A stretch of DNA of 63,855 nt, the filler included, from Hyphochytrium catenoides (taxonomy: Eukaryota > Protista > Hyphochytriomycota), in the NCBI GenBank assembly GCA_900088475.1. It is 8 parts of 8 records of this genome, joined end to end, with 100 filler letters (N's around TTAATTAATTAA, not from the genome) between each part and the next. Parts side by side here need not be neighbours in the genome. Positions count along the whole stretch, not along the records: positions 60,652 to 62,389 come from FLMG01003763.1; positions 62,490 to 63,855 come from FLMG01002051.1; 6 more parts are not named here. The stretch is one strand, 5' to 3'. The translations under genes and the position numbers were made by a program. Below, piece after piece: positions 60,652-63,855 of this stretch (positions within the stretch are counted from its first letter, which is position 1; each line of letters starts with the position of its first letter). A model generated the notes under the pieces. The model was not told the DNA's origin. It saw nothing but the letters and a program-made list of their open reading frames with translations, and made no database searches.

Positions 60652-61405
60652 GGGCAGCTTCTCACCAGGAGCAACGGGCGTACTGACTGGATTACATACA
60701 ATCTTCCGTGCCGTAGCGCTTCAGGAGGTCTAGGATAAGGCTTCGTTACCGAAGCTAAATCTTCCGATTCCTTCGATCCCGAATAACCTCGAATTCCAGG
60801 AAGTATTGGAGCTCTCCTAAGTCCTTCACATCAAATCTGTCCTTTAGAAGTCCTTTAACTTGATCCGCACGATTGTTGCTTGGCGCGAAGATCAGCAGGG
60901 TCGTCTACGAAAGTCGACACAATGGTCGGCTTGCCATCCTTCCCGGACCTGTTGATGTCCATGATGCAGCGTTCACATAAGCTGGGTTCGAATTCGTTGT
61001 CGCGAAGATAACTGTCTAAGACTTTGTTCCATTGACGAGGACTCTGCTTAAACCAATAGATGCCGCGTTTCAACTTACAAACGAGATGCTCCTGTCCCGG
61101 TTGAGCGAATCCCGGAGGTTGGCGCATGTATATGGTTTCATCAAGGTCGCCACGGAGAAAGGCAGTACGAATATCCATATGATGGATCTCAAAATCATAC
61201 ATCGCAGCTAAAGAGAGGATACATCGGACGGATTCATAGCTGACAACTGGCGCAAATACCTCATTGTAATCGATCCTCTGCTTTTGATTGTAGCCTTGAG
61301 TCACAATTCGTGCCTTATAGCGATCAATGTTGCCATCACTTCCATATTCCACGTGATATACCCATTTGCACCCAATGATATTTGCGCCTGGAGGAGCATG
61401 TTGAG
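60652..61405 (-). pseudogene. Decayed Ty1/copia reverse transcriptase fragment
   Basis: IIGCKWVY, RYKARIV, HHMDIRTAFL, FKQSPRQW, FVDD. A frameshift at about 60898 is followed by FDVKDLGELQYFL, then in-frame TAG and TAA. Confidence 0.9.
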
Positions 61406-61474
61406 TGCTACAATGTTCGTTGTCAGTAGTACAGTAGTCACTCTCTATACACACCTAGCTCTCAGGGACATAGA

Positions 61475-62389
61475 CGTTACGGGTACACCTGTGTTATGGG
61501 AAAGAGGGATGTGAGAAGAATTTCCAGAAGAACACAGGAGCAGCACAGGAGAGAGAGATGATGAGGGAAGCTGGGCCCAGCAAAAGATCTCGAGTCCAGA
61601 CCAGGCTCTCAGAACTCAGTGATCATTCAGAGAAATCTCCATCACACATCAATATCTAGTCCCTTTGTTATCGTTCCATCTAGATTGTGCTCATACAGAA
61701 GCTTCAGGCATTGCCACCCATCTCTGTAAATTTCATCAGGTTATTATGTTAGGCCCACACTCGCAGTTGGTCGTGACTTTTGCTTCTCCTCTTCTCACTT
61801 GAGCTGCTAGAGTGACGATCCTGTCGCATACAATGACATCAAAGAAAGGCGGAGTTCATCCGCACAATATCGCTGTTCTACACAGCAAGGACCAGTATTC
61901 TATCTGGTCAAGCCGGGTTCGAAGTTACCTGGATGAGTTAGACCTCATCGTTCACATCGAGGATGAGAGTCAGACACTGCTGGCTGATGGCAAAGACCCG
62001 CTCACCAGTAAGGACTTCACAGAGACAAACAAGAAGAACTGGAAGAAGAATGATCGGAAGACGATCAACAACCTGGTTCCCCTAGTCTCTGATGAGCTCC
62101 TGTCGCTGCTGGAAGGGCAAGAATCAGCGTACGCGGGATGGCTCAAACTGCAGGAGCAGATGGATGGAAAAGAAGGGGACAACGTCCTCAGGCGTCTGCA
62201 GGAGATCACCAACTCCAGGTTTGATTCTGGAGACACCACCTCTCTGAGATCCCACTTGACCACCCTGAAACAGAGGACAGAGGCTCTAAAAGGACATCTT
62301 CCAAAGGAGAAAGAAGAAGGAGAACCAGCAGGACATTTATGACACAATCCTGATCTCTTCAATTCTCCAAAGCCTCCCTCCGTCCTTTG
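61475..62389 (+). mobile_element. 5' end of another copia element: putative LTR (about 61475/61492-61738), degenerate PBS and gag relic (61833-62389)
   Basis: The LTR-like block ends CA and is followed by GGTTAT...GGCCC (copia tRNA-iMet-type PBS with an insertion). gag YSIWSSRVRSYL...WKKNDRK...AYAGWLKL. A frameshift near 62330 precedes ILQSLPPSF. Confidence 0.75.
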
Positions 62390-62837
62390 NNNNNNNNNNN
62401 NNNNNNNNNNNNNNNNNNNNNNNNNNNNNNNNNTTAATTAATTAANNNNNNNNNNNNNNNNNNNNNNNNNNNNNNNNNNNNNNNNNNNNAGGGACAGGAG
62501 GAGACCAGAGAAACCGATGGGTCTCGTTCCCTAGGAGGAGGAGAGGTAGAAACACCGAGTAAAGGGGATTCGTTAGAAAGTCATAGAGAGAAGGAGAAAG
62601 AGATGAAGCAAGAGCATGAAAGACTATGGCGAGGACGACAGCGCAAAATGTTTTTGAGAGACAGAAGATTCTTTGGAAGGACAGAAGGCTGTACTTAAGG
62701 CAAAGAGAGAGATGTAGATCGACAACGAAGAGGAAAAGGGCGAGGGAGAGAGGAGTGAACAGCCAAGTGAAAGATGCTCAGACAGGAGAGAGAGAGAGAG
62801 CTATGCCAGCAGGAGCCTGACGGAGTGACTCAGTGCT

Positions 62838-63238
62838 TACTTTAAGAAGTGGCCTCGCGATGAGATGATGAGCCACTAGCTCTCCTGCTATGGCTGTCAC
62901 ACCCAGATAAAGAAAGTCGCCAAGGTAAGGCACTCTCCAGTACTCTCCCACCAGAGAAAGCAGGACGATGGATGGCGCGATGACGACGACAAACTTCTTG
63001 GCCGTTGTTGAAGACAACTGACGGCTGTCCAGGAGCGCAGCGACGCCGAGATGGAAGGAAGAGAGCGAGGTGAACATGATGTCCAGAGAGTGCAATAGTA
63101 GCGCAGAGGAGGAGGACTGCGGTCGTGTTAAGCCACGGCGGTGGCCGTCATTCGGAAGGACAGATCATCAATTCGCGTTGAGAGAACGAGGGAAGAAAAG
63201 GAGAGAGAAGCAAGAGTGAGCGAGCGAGCGAGACAGAC

Positions 63239-63306
<68 letters not shown>

Positions 63307-63628
63307 AGATTTAGTTGAAGGACGCAGCGCGAAGGCTAAAGGAATTCTACTCTAAGGCGGAGATGGCTGGAGGAACTGTAGATGTTAAAGGTCTTGCAAC
63401 ACACTAGAACTGGAGAAGAGCGAGGACGACTGCGAGAGAAAAGTAAAGAGAAGCGTAGTGGATCAGAAGCTTAAGAGACAGAGAAAGAGGGAGAGAGAGA
63501 GTGAGGAAAAGAGAGAGAGAGAGTGAGAGAGGGTGGACCTTCTATGCTACCTTGTCATGGAAGAAGCAGTGCAACAGTAAAGCATCAGCATTCATGCAAG
63601 CAAAGAAGAAGAATGAAGCAGCCCAAGA
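62838..63628 (-). CDS. Internal exons of an uncharacterised multi-pass membrane protein (partial)
   Basis: Exon about 63628-63551 (SWAASFFFFACMNADALLLHCFFHDK) splices to about 63116-62841 (SSSSALLLHSLDIMFTSLSSFHLG...HHLIARPLLK|gtaag). Several hydrophobic helices. Confidence 0.6.
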
Positions 63629-63855
63629 TCTAACTCTCACTGTCTGGTCAGGCCGAGTGATTCTAAAGACAGGAAAGAGAACGGGAGGGAGAGAGAGGGA
63701 GAGAGAGAGATAAAGGGGACAGAGAAAAAAGAGCTCAGACAATTGTAGCCTTAAGGCAACGCAGTTCGGTCCGAAGGCGTTTGATTAGACTGGCCGTGGG
63801 CTGCTGGCATGAGGGAGATGAAGAAGGAGACAGAGAGAGAGAGAGAGAGAGAGAG

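Overview
Intron-rich eukaryotic genomic DNA, most likely from a stramenopile. The evidence is a tubular-mastigoneme protein and an oomycete-type GH72; a pseudofungal affinity is inference only. Introns have GT/GC-AG ends, CTAAC-type branch points and (CT)n/(GA)n tracts. Seven 100-bp gaps carry an artificial TTAATTAATTAA spacer, so adjacency across them is unverified. Genes: a SulP-STAS-cNMP transporter, a multi-exon signal peptide-Kelch-EGF-Hint(Hog-like)-TM protein, a PH-domain protein, an intronless 1255-aa mastigoneme protein, a CAMK-like kinase with a mitochondrial-type N-terminus, a COA7-like Sel1 protein, a GH72-EGF-TM protein, a PLAC8 protein, a tandem TBC-TBC protein, and several partial genes. 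Mobile DNA: one Ty1/copia element with an intact pol, two decayed abutting copia fragments, a probable non-LTR RT relic and a candidate solo LTR. The main find is hidden from the ORF track by splicing: a Hedgehog-type Hint autoprocessing domain spread over five exons. It sits between a secreted Kelch propeller/EGF module and a membrane anchor, and ends in an intein-like Asn rather than the Hedgehog Cys.
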